From the IMG/VR virus record IMGVR_UViG_3300025009_000032: 44,087 nucleotides of DNA; one strand, given 5' to 3'. A program made the position numbers and the translations under genes. The notes beneath the pieces were generated by a model. It was not told the DNA's origin, did no database searches, and was given only the letters and a program-made list of their open reading frames with translations. The stretch is from a virus. Below, one piece after another: positions 28,313 to 35,453 of the stretch. The first letter of the stretch is position 1. Every line of letters starts with the position of its first letter.

Positions 28313-28630
28313 ATGGCACTAATAAACACAAACGGACAGTATTTAAGAATTATTAACATTGATACTGATAATATTATTGATGTTGAGATTTTTGAAAACA
28401 AAGAACATAAAGATAATATTTCTGAATTTTATAAACCTATTATAAAAAAATATTATGTTGCAAATTTGTCTAATATAATTAATCAATCAATACCAAGTGA
28501 ACTAACGACCGTAGAAAATAATATAAAAACAGTTGCATATTTGGAGTTGTCAAATATTATAGATAATTTTGCAGCATGGTCTCCTGATATAACATTGGAG
28601 CAAATAGAAATTATAAATAAATTTATATGA
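28313..28630 (+). CDS. Hypothetical protein
   Basis: 105-aa ORF just after the fibre gene. Confidence 0.5.
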   Translation: MALINTNGQYLRIINIDTDNIIDVEIFENKEHKDNISEFYKPIIKKYYVANLSNIINQSIPSELTTVENNIKTVAYLELSNIIDNFAAWSPDITLEQIEIINKFI

Positions 28631-28974
28631 AGCTAAAAATTAAAGATTGCATTAAGATAGTAGATAATATTGATGTATTTGCTAAATTTGAATTAAGTAA
28701 ATTCAAAGAAATATTTAAGAAAATTAAAGTGGTTAAAGATATTGCCGAGCCTTATATAATAAAAAGAAGCTCTATGCAAAATAATTTAAATATTGAATTT
28801 ACAGAGGCACAAACTGACAATGATAAGGAACAAGTTAATCTAAAATATTATAAGGAAGTTGAAAGCTATAAAAAAGATATAGAAAAACTTACCGACATTG
28901 AATTTAAAATTAAAGAAAAAGATTTACCAGATGTGAGTTCAAAAGATTACTTGTTTTTACAAGACTTTTTTTAA
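28627..28974 (+). CDS. Hypothetical protein
   Basis: 115-aa ORF, the last gene of the late block. Confidence 0.5.
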   Translation: MKLKIKDCIKIVDNIDVFAKFELSKFKEIFKKIKVVKDIAEPYIIKRSSMQNNLNIEFTEAQTDNDKEQVNLKYYKEVESYKKDIEKLTDIEFKIKEKDLPDVSSKDYLFLQDFF

Positions 28975-28997
28975 TTTTCTTCATATATTCTTTTTCT

Positions 28998-29031
28998 GAG
29001 AGGGTAGCTAAACGAGCTGCCCTCTTTTTTT
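28998..29031 (+). terminator. Rho-independent terminator ending the late block
   Basis: GAGGGTAGCT..GAGCTGCCCTC stem followed by T7. Confidence 0.75.
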
Positions 29032-29053
29032 ATGCTATCAAACATGTTTTTTT

Positions 29054-29097
29054 ATGATAAATGTCATAGATTTATTTAATTTCATACTGTATCTTTG
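29054..29097 (+). promoter_or_regulatory. Early promoter with palindromic operator (copy 2 of 5)
   Basis: ATGATAAATGTCAT (29054-29067), 22 nt, TATCTTTG (29090-29097), then CAGAGTTAA. Confidence 0.7.
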
Positions 29098-29133
29098 CAG
29101 AGTTAATTTTTAATAGTAATAAATAATAATAAA

Positions 29134-29604
29134 ATGAAAGTAAGTAAACCAAATATGTCAGAAGAAAAAAAAAAGGCACTTTTAAAAGATGCTAAAACAG
29201 TAAAATTTAAAAATGTTACAGGAATTCGTTATAGTCATATAATAGAAGTAACATCAGATAAATTAATATTAAATGAGGAATGGTATTATCTCAAAAACAT
29301 TACCATTCTCGAAATAGACGGTAAGCCATTAAATAATGAACTTGACGAGATTGCTTTAAAATATTTTAATAAAAAGTTTGATAACTTAAATAATGATATG
29401 AATGGAAAAGAAGGTATGATTTATCAAAAACACTATTGCCTCAAACAACTTGAAAGCCGATTAAACGGTGGAAAGTTAACAGATACGCATTTAAAAGGTT
29501 TGTTTGATTTTAATTCTGCTGAATTAAAAGAAAAATTCATCTCAATCGTAGGAGAGGAAAGACTAATTAATTTTTTAAAAGAATATCAAAATATTGGATA
29601 TTAA
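29134..29604 (+). CDS. Hypothetical protein
   Basis: 156-aa ORF downstream of operator-promoter copy 2. Confidence 0.6.
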   Translation: MKVSKPNMSEEKKKALLKDAKTVKFKNVTGIRYSHIIEVTSDKLILNEEWYYLKNITILEIDGKPLNNELDEIALKYFNKKFDNLNNDMNGKEGMIYQKHYCLKQLESRLNGGKLTDTHLKGLFDFNSAELKEKFISIVGEERLINFLKEYQNIGY

Positions 29605-29636
29605 TTTGCACAATAAATAAATTATATATATTTTTG
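29605..29636 (+). promoter_or_regulatory. Canonical Bacteroidota promoter (TTTG-N20-TATTTTTG)
   Basis: TTTG at 29605-29608 and TATTTTTG at 29629-29636. Both boxes are followed by CACA. Confidence 0.55.
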
Positions 29637-29668
29637 CACACTCGATTAAAAATTTACTTATTATTATT

Positions 29669-29700
29669 AGAGGAGAGTTTCGGCTCTCCTCTTGTTTTTT
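29669..29700 (+). terminator. Hairpin plus T-run (terminator/attenuator) abutting the RusA start
   Basis: AGAGGAGAG (29669-29677), loop TTTCGG, CTCTCCTCT (29684-29692), then TGTTTTTT. An ATG lies at 29703. Confidence 0.6.
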
Positions 29701-29702
29701 AA

Positions 29703-30047
29703 ATGAATAGGATAGAATATAAGGCATTATCGGTAAATCAATGTTGGCAAGGTAAAAGGTTTAAAACACCTATATACAATCAATATGAAATAGATTTATT
29801 ATCTATATTACCTAAAATCAAGCTACCACCTGAACCTTTAGAACTTCATTTATTAGTTGGATTTAGTTCCAGTTTAGCAGACTTGGATAATATATTAAAA
29901 CCTCTTTTGGATATAATGCAAAAGAAATATAGTTTTAATGACAAAAATATTTATAAGATTATTGTTGAAAAGACAAAAGTAGAAAAAAGAAAAGAGTTTA
30001 TAGAATTTGAATTTAAAAGTTACATATCAAATTTAAACCCAAAATAA
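29703..30047 (+). CDS. rusA: RusA-like Holliday junction resolvase
   Basis: 114 aa. SVNQCWQGKRFKT.. and the acidic DLDNILKPLLDIMQ motif characteristic of the RusA family. Confidence 0.7.
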   Translation: MNRIEYKALSVNQCWQGKRFKTPIYNQYEIDLLSILPKIKLPPEPLELHLLVGFSSSLADLDNILKPLLDIMQKKYSFNDKNIYKIIVEKTKVEKRKEFIEFEFKSYISNLNPK

Positions 30048-30057
30048 AGGCAATAGA

Positions 30058-30081
30058 AGTATTAAAATAAAAAGTAATACT
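30058..30081. terminator. Weak bidirectional hairpin between convergent genes
   Basis: AGTATTA (30058-30064) pairs with TAATACT (30075-30081). AT-only stem between the RusA and lysin 3' ends. Confidence 0.3.
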
Positions 30082-30535
30082 AATTATTAACTGGGAAGTG
30101 AATAAACATGTGTACGCTGCTTGTATGTCTATGTCTAAGCATTACTTCGCCGCCGTTAGAATCATTGCCTAACGATGTGTTTCCTTCAATTGTATTGAAG
30201 TAATTATCTACATTGAAATATTTAAAAATACCTACATGGTCATAATGTCCGTCTTTATTCCAGTCAAACACTACAATATCACCTTCTTTTGGCTCACTAA
30301 CTATTAGGTTATGTTTTTTTGCATAATCAATTAAAGTTTGCACACCTGCGAAACCATTAGTAAAACCAATTGGAGGGAGTTGTTTCCCAGCAAAGGCATA
30401 ACACCAACTAACAAATATACCACACCATGCAACGCCATCCCACCCGAACCACTCGCCATATTTAGTTTTATTACTATTTTTAGGACATTCTTTAGTTCCT
30501 ATCTCTTTTTCTGCTACTTCAATTATTTTATTCAT
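30080..30535 (-). CDS. CHAP-domain peptidoglycan hydrolase (endolysin)
   Basis: 151 aa. Catalytic Cys context GVAWCGIFVSWCY and His context GDIVVFDW..DGHYDHVGI. The only minus-strand gene. Confidence 0.85.
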   Translation of the reverse strand: MNKIIEVAEKEIGTKECPKNSNKTKYGEWFGWDGVAWCGIFVSWCYAFAGKQLPPIGFTNGFAGVQTLIDYAKKHNLIVSEPKEGDIVVFDWNKDGHYDHVGIFKYFNVDNYFNTIEGNTSLGNDSNGGEVMLRHRHTSSVHMFIHFPVNN

Positions 30536-30548
30536 ATTGTTTTTTCGG

Positions 30549-30556
30549 CAAAATTA
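30549..30556 (-). promoter_or_regulatory. -7 promoter box TAATTTTG for the endolysin gene
   Basis: The reverse complement of CAAAATTA is TAATTTTG. It ends 13 nt upstream of the lysin ATG (start codon 30533-30535 on the minus strand). Confidence 0.45.
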
Positions 30557-30618
30557 ATAATAATTTTTTAAATATGCTAAAAAACATAATTATCTAACAT
30601 ATAAAAAATATCAAATAC

Positions 30619-30662
30619 ATGACAAATATCATAGATTAAAATAGAATCATGTATTACTTTTG
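30619..30662 (+). promoter_or_regulatory. Early promoter with palindromic operator (copy 3 of 5)
   Basis: ATGACAAATATCAT (30619-30632), 22 nt, TACTTTTG (30655-30662). Confidence 0.7.
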
Positions 30663-30706
30663 TAGCATATTTTTTTTAACAATTTAATAATTTAATAAGT
30701 AGTAAA

Positions 30707-31045
30707 ATGAATACAATTAATACAATAAAAGAAAATATAATTGATTATTTAAATAATGAATTAATTAATTATAATGAAAAAGATATTGATAAATTAATCA
30801 ATAATATTAAATTAAGTATTAGAAAGGATTTTTTTAAAAATATTCATACTTTGAAAATAAAAAGTATTAATATTAATAAGTTTAAAATTTATAATAATAT
30901 TAAATTAAAAGACGATGTTCTTGTCTATACTAATGATGAGGGTATTAAATCATATATATTTATATATGAGCTAAGATTATCTGATATAATAGAGATAAAT
31001 AATAAACCATTTATTTATAATAAAGATATAAGTTTAATTCAATAA
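30707..31045 (+). CDS. Hypothetical protein (N/I/K-rich)
   Basis: 112-aa low-complexity ORF downstream of operator-promoter copy 3. Confidence 0.45.
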   Translation: MNTINTIKENIIDYLNNELINYNEKDIDKLINNIKLSIRKDFFKNIHTLKIKSININKFKIYNNIKLKDDVLVYTNDEGIKSYIFIYELRLSDIIEINNKPFIYNKDISLIQ

Positions 31046-31054
31046 GTAAAAAAT

Positions 31055-31234
31055 ATGTATAAGTATTTAGAAATCGTAAAAGATGATACAAACGAAGTAG
31101 TATCAAGAATGGACGTTACGGACAAATCGGAACGTCAAATAGACAAAATATGGGACGGTGCGAGTATCAATCTTAACCATGATGATTATTCATTGCAATT
31201 AAATGAATGTGAAACAAAATTTGATAAAATTTAA
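31055..31234 (+). CDS. Small conserved-looking hypothetical protein (59 aa)
   Basis: MYKYLEIVKDDTNEVVSRMDVTDKSERQIDKIWDGASINLNHDDY. Hand-translated; below the track cutoff. Confidence 0.5.
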   Translation: MYKYLEIVKDDTNEVVSRMDVTDKSERQIDKIWDGASINLNHDDYSLQLNECETKFDKI

Positions 31235-31245
31235 TAAGGAAAAAG

Positions 31246-31443
31246 ATGAAAGAACAATTAAAAGAAATAATAGGATTATTTTATGATTTACAACAAACCA
31301 AAAATATAGGATTTCAAATATTAGACGAAAAGACATTTGATATTGCGTATTTTAGCGGAAACAAATGTACGGAAGTAATCACATTTGATATTAACGAAAA
31401 GGGATTAAACGATTGTATATTATATTTAAAAAGCCAACTATGA
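31246..31443 (+). CDS. Hypothetical protein
   Basis: 65-aa ORF. Confidence 0.5.
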   Translation: MKEQLKEIIGLFYDLQQTKNIGFQILDEKTFDIAYFSGNKCTEVITFDINEKGLNDCILYLKSQL

Positions 31444-31721
31444 TAGATATTACCGATAAGTTAATTGAAGCTCTAAAAAAGAGCAAAGAAATACACGACT
31501 TTATCAAAGGAATTATGTATGATAAAACATATAAAGCCGTAGAAATATGCGAATATAATCTAACTATTGTATTCACAATTGAATACCATTTAACAGTTAA
31601 TAAAGATGACAATTTAGAAGTTGATTACTGCGAAAATCACAAATTAGACGTGTGGAACGAAAGTTCAGATTTGACAAATAATTATATATATAACATTAAC
31701 AAAATAATAGAATCATTATGA
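31440..31721 (+). CDS. Hypothetical protein
   Basis: The internal ATG at 31440 gives an ATGA overlap with the upstream stop. Track start 31413 is less likely. Confidence 0.5.
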   Translation: MIDITDKLIEALKKSKEIHDFIKGIMYDKTYKAVEICEYNLTIVFTIEYHLTVNKDDNLEVDYCENHKLDVWNESSDLTNNYIYNINKIIESL

Positions 31722-31855
31722 AAGAATTAAAAAATTGTAAACACCCAGAAAACACAATCTGCACATGTTGTAATGATTGTTTAAAAGAAAACATTAAAAA
31801 GGCAAAGTTCAGAGTTACTTTGCAAAGTAATATTAATAAATTTTTAAATAAATAG
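31718..31855 (+). CDS. Small Cys-rich protein (45 aa)
   Basis: MKELKNCKHPENTICTCCNDCLKEN... ATGA overlap with the upstream gene. Hand-counted. Confidence 0.4.
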   Translation: MKELKNCKHPENTICTCCNDCLKENIKKAKFRVTLQSNINKFLNK

Positions 31856-31858
31856 TAT

Positions 31859-32299
31859 ATGATAGAAGTAAAATTTAGAGGAAAAATAAAATATAACGGC
31901 AATTATTTGTTTTCTGGCGATTGGGCTTTCGGTAGTTTGATTTTGAAATCAAAAGGAGCATTTATATATGTCATAGAAAAAGATAATTTTGATAATATTA
32001 TAAGAGAATATGAGGTTGAAGTTATCCCTGAATCAGTCGAACAGTTTACAGGTTTGAAAGATAAAAATGAAGTTGAAATATTTGAAAAGCAAATATTTAA
32101 ATTTAAGTTTTTAAAAGAACTTCATAATCCAATTGAATTAACAGGATATTTTACATTTGGAGAAGATTTATCATTTGAAATTGATGTATTGAAAAATAAA
32201 GAGTATATATGTTTGAAATATATTAGTAATGGTGTATTTTATGATTTTGAATTAACTGGAGAAAATGCTTTTGACAACCCTGAATTACTTAATAAATGA
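31859..32299 (+). CDS. YopX-like protein
   Basis: KFRGK..., VIPESVEQFTGLKDKNEVEIFEKQIFKF matches the YopX pattern (..tvgqyTGlkDkng.eIyEgDi..). Confidence 0.55.
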   Translation: MIEVKFRGKIKYNGNYLFSGDWAFGSLILKSKGAFIYVIEKDNFDNIIREYEVEVIPESVEQFTGLKDKNEVEIFEKQIFKFKFLKELHNPIELTGYFTFGEDLSFEIDVLKNKEYICLKYISNGVFYDFELTGENAFDNPELLNK

Positions 32300-32448
32300 A
32301 AACACATTTAATAAAAAATAAAAGAATATTAGATATGGATGTAACGAAAACCAAATGTGGTTTGCGTGGTGGTGATTTATTAAGAACTGAAAATATTAAA
32401 AAAGTAACATGTAAAAATTGTCTAAGGAAAAAGAATAGGTGTTTTTAA
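32296..32448 (+). CDS. Small zinc-ribbon-like protein (50 aa)
   Basis: KCGLRGG...CKNC Cys pairs. ATGA overlap with the upstream gene. Hand-counted. Confidence 0.4.
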   Translation: MKTHLIKNKRILDMDVTKTKCGLRGGDLLRTENIKKVTCKNCLRKKNRCF

Positions 32449-32460
32449 ACATATTTCTAT

Positions 32461-32504
32461 ATGATAAAAATCATGTTTAAATCAAATTTAAAGTAGTTAC
32501 TTCG
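32461..32504 (+). promoter_or_regulatory. Early promoter with palindromic operator (copy 4 of 5)
   Basis: ATGATAAAAATCAT (32461-32474), 22 nt, TTACTTCG (32497-32504), then CAGAGTAAA. Confidence 0.7.
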
Positions 32505-32566
32505 CAGAGTAAAATTGAGTAAGCCTAATCTCATTAAAATTAGGCGAAATTTAAATATAAGTAAAA

Positions 32567-32704
32567 ATGAAAAAAATTACAGAATTAACAGAGTTAGAAA
32601 TATTGAATCTAACAGAAGAAGAAATCGCATTAAATTTCTTAAATAAAGCATACGGGTTAACCGAAGAAGAAAAAACTTTTGTTTTAGAAAATTACAATAA
32701 ATGA
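32567..32704 (+). CDS. Small acidic protein (45 aa)
   Basis: First ATG after promoter copy 4. Hand-counted 45 codons. Confidence 0.4.
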   Translation: MKKITELTELEILNLTEEEIALNFLNKAYGLTEEEKTFVLENYNK

Positions 32705-32790
32705 TTATCAACAAATTTCAAGAAACCAAAGCAACAGAGGAAGTAAAACGCCTCTTTGCTTTATAAATAGTAACAATTAATATTAAATAA

Positions 32791-33468
32791 ATGGAAAATA
32801 AAACTTTACTACCAAAATTAGCAAATTTATATGAAGACAATATTGAACTTGCGTATAAAAATGATCAGTTCAATGTTTTGATGAATCAAAACCCAAAGCC
32901 TGAATGGGTAAAAATAAATGAATATGCAAATAATTCAAAGTATATTCCAATAGGAATTATCGAAACATTATTGAGCAAAGTATTTAAATCATGGTATCCT
33001 GAAATAATAAGGGAAGGGGTGGCTTTTAATGGTGTGTATGTTGTAATAAGATTGCATTGTTTAGACTTAATGACAAATGAATGGAAACAATATGATGGGA
33101 TAGGAGCAGTGGAATTACAGGTTAAAAAAGGCTCAAGTCCTGCCGAACTTCAGAACTTAAATAAAGGTGCTATTATGATGGCTTTCCCTATGGCAAAAAG
33201 CTATGCAATTAAGGATGCAGCTGAACATATCGGAAAATTATTTGGACGTGATTTAAATAGAAAGGATACTATGTTGTTTGAAGCAGATAAATCAATTATC
33301 AATTCAATTGATGGTATAAATGATGCAAAAGAAAAAAATAGAATTATTGATTTTATAAACAAAGCTACTTCACCTGAGCAGTTACAGCAAATTTCAGAAG
33401 ATATACTTTTGAAATATAATTTAGTAGATTTAAAATGTGATAAATTAAGTGAATTAATAACAGAATAA
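32791..33468 (+). CDS. Rad52/Sak-like single-strand annealing protein
   Basis: YIPIGIIETLLSKVFKSWYPEII...VVIRLHCLD...YDGIGAVE and AKSYAIKDAAEHIGKLFGRDL parallel the Rad52 N-domain signature. Adjacent to the exonuclease gene. Confidence 0.65.
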   Translation: MENKTLLPKLANLYEDNIELAYKNDQFNVLMNQNPKPEWVKINEYANNSKYIPIGIIETLLSKVFKSWYPEIIREGVAFNGVYVVIRLHCLDLMTNEWKQYDGIGAVELQVKKGSSPAELQNLNKGAIMMAFPMAKSYAIKDAAEHIGKLFGRDLNRKDTMLFEADKSIINSIDGINDAKEKNRIIDFINKATSPEQLQQISEDILLKYNLVDLKCDKLSELITE

Positions 33469-33470
33469 AT

Positions 33471-34163
33471 ATGGATGAAATATTAATTAGAGCAAGTCAG
33501 GCTCATAAAATAATGACAGAACCAAAACTAAAATCTGACAAAGAGGCGGGTTTGCTTGGTGAAACATCAAAAACTTATATAAAAGAATTATTTTTATATA
33601 ATGAATTTGGATATAAAGAGCCTTTGTACACACCTCAAATTATGAAAGGTCAGTTATGTGAGCAAGACAGCATGGCATTAGTTCAGGAGGTTTTAGGTGG
33701 CGAATTTCGTACTAAATGCAACGAAAAAAAGAGTAACGAATTTATTTGCGGAACTCCCGATGTTGTTTTAAAAGAAAGTGATTACATTGAAGATATCAAA
33801 ACAAGCTGGGATATTAAAACATTTTTTAATGCAGAGCTTGAAAAATCTTATTACTGGCAGGGACAATGTTATATGGCTTTATTTGGCAAAACAAAATATC
33901 GTTTAATTTATTGTTTGGTGCAAACACCTGAAGAGTTAGTTCGTGAAGAAATAAAGAAATACTTTTTTAAGTTTGGATGCGATGAAATGAATGAGGATTA
34001 TATTACTGTTGAAAATCAAATCACTCAAAATTTTGACATTTCAAAAATAGAACCTAAAAAACGTTTAAGGATATTTGAATTTGATTACAACCAGTCAGAT
34101 ATTGATAAACTTTATTTGCAGGTTAAAAAAGCACGTGAGTATTATAAAACTCTTAAACTTTAA
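33471..34163 (+). CDS. PD-(D/E)xK exonuclease (YqaJ/lambda Exo-like)
   Basis: GTPD ... IEDIKTSWD motif. 230 aa. Paired with the annealing protein. Confidence 0.7.
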   Translation: MDEILIRASQAHKIMTEPKLKSDKEAGLLGETSKTYIKELFLYNEFGYKEPLYTPQIMKGQLCEQDSMALVQEVLGGEFRTKCNEKKSNEFICGTPDVVLKESDYIEDIKTSWDIKTFFNAELEKSYYWQGQCYMALFGKTKYRLIYCLVQTPEELVREEIKKYFFKFGCDEMNEDYITVENQITQNFDISKIEPKKRLRIFEFDYNQSDIDKLYLQVKKAREYYKTLKL

Positions 34164-34166
34164 TTT

Positions 34167-34322
34167 ATGTTAGAGCTAATAAAACTAAAATATGATATTA
34201 ATGAGCTTTTGGAATCATTAAAACTCAGAAATACATTTTTAAAATTAAATAATGTTTCAAAGGAGGAAATTGAAGCAAACGAAAAGGTGATAGATAAATT
34301 AGAATTAATAATAAAATTTTAA
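34167..34322 (+). CDS. Small hypothetical protein (51 aa)
   Basis: Hand-counted ORF that fills the gap. Confidence 0.4.
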   Translation: MLELIKLKYDINELLESLKLRNTFLKLNNVSKEEIEANEKVIDKLELIIKF

Positions 34323-34326
34323 TATT

Positions 34327-34872
34327 ATGGAAATAAAAATATGCAAGTGCTGTAAAAAAGAGTTACAGGCAACTAAAGATAATTTTTATGTTCAGAAAAG
34401 AGGTAAATATGGAGTAAAGGCAATTTGTAAAATATGCGAAAATATAAGACAAAAACAATATAGATTAAAACCAGAATACAGAGAAAAGCATAGAATTCAA
34501 GCTAAAAATTGGAGGAAAAATAATCCAGAAAAGGCATTAGAAATAAACAGAAAATCATTTAATAAAAGAAGACATATATATAATGAAAAAAGAAAACATA
34601 GATACCATAATGATATGGAATACAAGTTAAATAAAGATATTAAAAATAAAATTTATAGACAATCAGAGAAAGGTCAATTAATGCTACATAAAGATAAAAA
34701 TATTACAAATTCAATAGAAAGGAGCAAAAACAATAGGGCAAATTTATCAAAATGTTATATAGCTCAATTGAATAAAATTAGAGTAAAAGACATGAATAAT
34801 GATGAATATGAAATAAAAAAAACAATCATAGAATTAAAAAGAGAATTAAATATTAAAAATAATAAATTTTAA
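34327..34872 (+). CDS. Zinc-ribbon, highly basic putative nucleic-acid-binding protein
   Basis: CKCC...CKIC pairs followed by a K/R-rich repetitive region. Confidence 0.55.
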   Translation: MEIKICKCCKKELQATKDNFYVQKRGKYGVKAICKICENIRQKQYRLKPEYREKHRIQAKNWRKNNPEKALEINRKSFNKRRHIYNEKRKHRYHNDMEYKLNKDIKNKIYRQSEKGQLMLHKDKNITNSIERSKNNRANLSKCYIAQLNKIRVKDMNNDEYEIKKTIIELKRELNIKNNKF

Positions 34873-34875
34873 AAG

Positions 34876-35091
34876 ATGGAAAGAGATTTAAATTTTGAAG
34901 TAAAAACCAGCATCGATTTAAATAAAATGCTTACAGGTTTATTAATGGACGTAAGAAGAGGCGAAGTAGATTACGAAAAAGCAAAGGCAATAACTTTAGT
35001 TGCAGATAAAATAAATAAAAATAATGTTAATGCTTTAGAATATAAAAGAATAACTAAGCATAATAATAATTTATCATTTTTTGAAGAATAA
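34876..35091 (+). CDS. Hypothetical protein
   Basis: 71-aa ORF. Confidence 0.5.
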   Translation: MERDLNFEVKTSIDLNKMLTGLLMDVRRGEVDYEKAKAITLVADKINKNNVNALEYKRITKHNNNLSFFEE

Positions 35092-35139
35092 AATTTTAAA
35101 ATAAACCTCAAAATATTTTTTTAATTAAAAAATAGATAT

Positions 35140-35147
35140 TATCTTTG
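35140..35147 (+). promoter_or_regulatory. -7 promoter box TATCTTTG
   Basis: Matches TAnnTTTG. A T-rich tract lies about 20 nt upstream. Intergenic. Confidence 0.5.
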
Positions 35148-35151
35148 TGCC

Positions 35152-35270
35152 GAAATAAAAAATATATTGTATGCAAACAATCTTAGATTTCACTTTATTA
35201 AAATATACCAATATTAATTGGGGAGTTTTTGGCAGCCTGCATACCTGCATATTTCACTCCCCTTTTTTTA
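35152..35270 (+). ncRNA. Candidate ~115-nt small RNA or leader/attenuator
   Basis: Lies between the promoter box and a terminator: GGGGAGT (35220-35226) pairs with ACTCCCC (35256-35262), followed by T8. The loop holds the tandem CCTGCATA CCTGCATA. No credible ORF. Confidence 0.4.
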
Positions 35271-35288
35271 TTGGATTTTTATTATATT

Positions 35289-35453
35289 ATGAATAAAAAC
35301 AAAGAAATTAAACACAAATTTTGCGACTTTTTCACAAGTAAAATAATCAGAAAAATAGATAAGCAAAACAATACTGATGTTATTAATATGCCACTTCCAC
35401 AGATAAAAGGGTACTTAAAGTGTGCTAAAGTTTCACAATATAAAGATAAATAA
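35289..35453 (+). CDS. Small hypothetical protein (54 aa)
   Basis: First ATG after the terminator. The track ORF from TTG 35229 would read through the hairpin. Confidence 0.45.
   Translation: MNKNKEIKHKFCDFFTSKIIRKIDKQNNTDVINMPLPQIKGYLKCAKVSQYKDK

Noticed and set aside
35229-35288. N-terminal extension of the track ORF 35229-35453 (TTG start)
   Set aside because: The extension is read through the terminator hairpin and T-run and gives an implausible hydrophobic peptide. The ATG at 35289 just after the terminator is the more credible start.
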